A stretch of 64,000 nt of DNA from Eledone cirrhosa (Eukaryota), in NCBI GenBank assembly GCA_964016885.1, contig OZ024748.1, positions 56,606,001 to 56,670,000 on the forward strand, given 5' to 3'. Within the stretch, counting starts at the first letter, position 1. Every line of letters starts with the position of its first letter. Below, piece after piece: positions 61,473 to 64,000 of this stretch. The translations under genes were made by a program, and so were the position numbers. Under the pieces are notes generated by a model that worked only from the letters and a program-made list of their open reading frames with translations, ran no database searches and was not told where the DNA came from.

Positions 61473-63280
61473 TATTAATATTTGGAAAATCAGTCTGTAT
61501 TGATTGGACTTAATTATCTCTCGATACATATTAAAGTCATAATCAATATTTTACTTATATCATCTCTAATTTCCTACACATAGGCTGCAAATATATTCGT
61601 AGGTTCATCCAGTATTAGTAAAAATGTTTCAGATCCAGCATTGTTTTAATATGACCAACTGATGGATGCACAATCCAATAAACCTGCTGACGGTAATGCT
61701 TCGTTGAATTGGTCATAATGATAACAAAATATTTAATAAGACTTCTGTAATTGTAGGAAAAATTAAAAATATTTCCATGTTAAACATTGAATAATATCCT
61801 TCTGTATCCACAATACATATCCATTTCTAGTTGTCGTTTTAAAATTCCATGAATTAACAGATGTGTAGAAATGCTATTCACGTTCAAATATCGATATGTT
61901 TCAATGGAGTTGTAGACGAAAACTGAAGAATTGCTGGTTGAAACTATCGGGATTAGGTGAACAAAGAAGACAGATCCAGAGATAGAAGATTCTTTTTTTC
62001 TTTTGTGATAATAAAAGAAAGAACAAATGAACGGAAAAATGAAATGTGAAAGTGAAGGAAATCAATAAGGTATACCAGGAATAAAAATGAATGAATTAAC
62101 ATTAAAAGGAAAAGGAAAAAGACTAGAGAATTAGTAGAAAATGAAGGAATAAAACTGAAGGTATGAAAAGCAATGAAAAAAAATATAGCAAGTTAAAAAG
62201 GGGAAGTAAAAAATATCCTCAAGTAATATACAAAATGACAAACACAATGTTTTATTGACGACTGTCTTCTCTGATATTAAAGAGGAGATAGACCTCGATG
62301 TGAAACACAAGGGTAGCGCCCTATTATAGATAAATCTGACGAGATAGATGCTGAAAAGCCCTCCAGTTTGTAGTGGCACGGCCATAATATACAGGCTATT
62401 TCTTAATTTAAAATACAACACAAACATGGTAGCGATCTTCGTAAAATACAGATCGTCTCCTGTTTTTGTTTTGTAATTCAGTTCTAACATTCTAAATAAT
62501 TTTTCATATTTATCTTTCAAAACAATTCCACCCCATCTCTCTTTCTCTCGATATATCGATCTTCCTCTATTTGAATATTTTCTTTTTCCTTCAGACGAAT
62601 ATATTTATTTGTACATATCAGACCGATTTTAAAACATATACGCACGTTTGCGCGCACGCAGGTGTGTGGGTCAATGTGATTTTGTATACGAGTATATTAT
62701 ATTATATATATATATATGTGTGTGACAGTGTGTGTGTGTGTGTGTGTATTACACACACACACATATATATATATAGAGAGAGAGACATATATATGTATAT
62801 ATATATATATAAATATATATATACATACGTATATATGCATATTATACATACATACATATATATATATAACTATTTATCTGTGCGTGTGTGTGTGTGTGTG
62901 AGTTTATGATTTACATATTTTAATGTATCTCTGTGTCATGTATTTACATTATAAAATTTGCCACATAATCAAACATACACTCTATATAAGCTCACACACT
63001 CTCGGACACTGTATGAAAAGTATTCTCTTTCTATTTGGCAGTTTCATTCTCGAATATATTCCCATATTTTCATGTATGTATGTATATATGTTTACATGCA
63101 CATACTTATTTGAGTAGGTATGTATGCATATGTATACATGTATATAGATATAAGTGTGTGTCTCTCTTTCATATATATATATATATATATATTCACATAA
63201 ACACACAGAGAGAGAAAACATATGTATGTAAATGATTTCTTAGACATACCTACTTATACATATATAAATGAGTATACACA

Positions 63281-63327
<47 letters not shown>

Positions 63328-63654
63328 ACAGAAAATATTTTTAAACGGATTACTATATCTAAAGTAGAAACGCTGCGAGCTAATCGGATAATAGCTGTAC
63401 GCCTGGTGGGTTCTTTACAGGATTACTACACAGAGAGGGAGACAACAGAGGAGGAAAAGGATTGAAAAAGGAAAAAGCAGTGGAATTATATAGAGAGGAC
63501 ATGAACGGGTAAAAGAGATGTGCAGGTTGGAGAGTGAATAGGAAAGGGAGAGAATTTATATTACCTACATATGTACAAAAGAACATACGAACATATCTAT
63601 AAACACATATGTATATATGTGCATAAATATATGTATATATTTGTATAAAATATA

Positions 63655-63696
<42 letters not shown>

Positions 63697-64000
63697 TGTG
63701 TGTGAAAGTGTATGCACTTATATATATGATGATAAGACAACGGGTGTATAAGAAGAGAAAGAGGTTGATATTTGAATGATATAAGAAAGGATGAGTAGTT
63801 GATAAGGTGAGGGAAAGAATGACATGCAGCAGAGAAGATAATAAGAAGGAGATAGACAGACTGTGATGGAAAATAGGAGAGACATCTGTGTAAGTGAGAG
63901 GGGGGAGAGAGCCAGAAAATGAAGGTGTGTGTGTGAGAGAGAATGAAAAAGAGAGATAGAAAAGGAAGGAGACAGTGTCTTCTTGCATTTGAACAAACAT

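Overview
AT-rich, microsatellite-saturated animal genomic DNA with no recognisable host protein-coding exon, rRNA or tRNA gene. It is probably intergenic or intronic; the repeat content suggests a coleoid cephalopod such as Octopus (inference). Nearly all long ORFs in the track are translations of (TA)n/(CA)n/(TAGA)n repeats. Real content is a transposon graveyard: a Penelope-like element (PLE) with a GIY-YIG remnant and inverted tail, a non-autonomous Helitron, L1/Tx1, CR1, RTE and CRE LINE remnants, two copies of an internally deleted RTE, many tRNA-derived SINEs (including a tandem array) and a mariner MITE. The most notable signal is about ten small (TA)n-embedded modules carrying minimal type-I hammerhead ribozyme (HHR) motifs, often with an inverted copy of their own 3' half. 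Five cluster at 46.5-48.5 kb, and several divergent modules share a downstream stem-loop ending in GTATTGAGTAC. All calls are by eye, without database searches.
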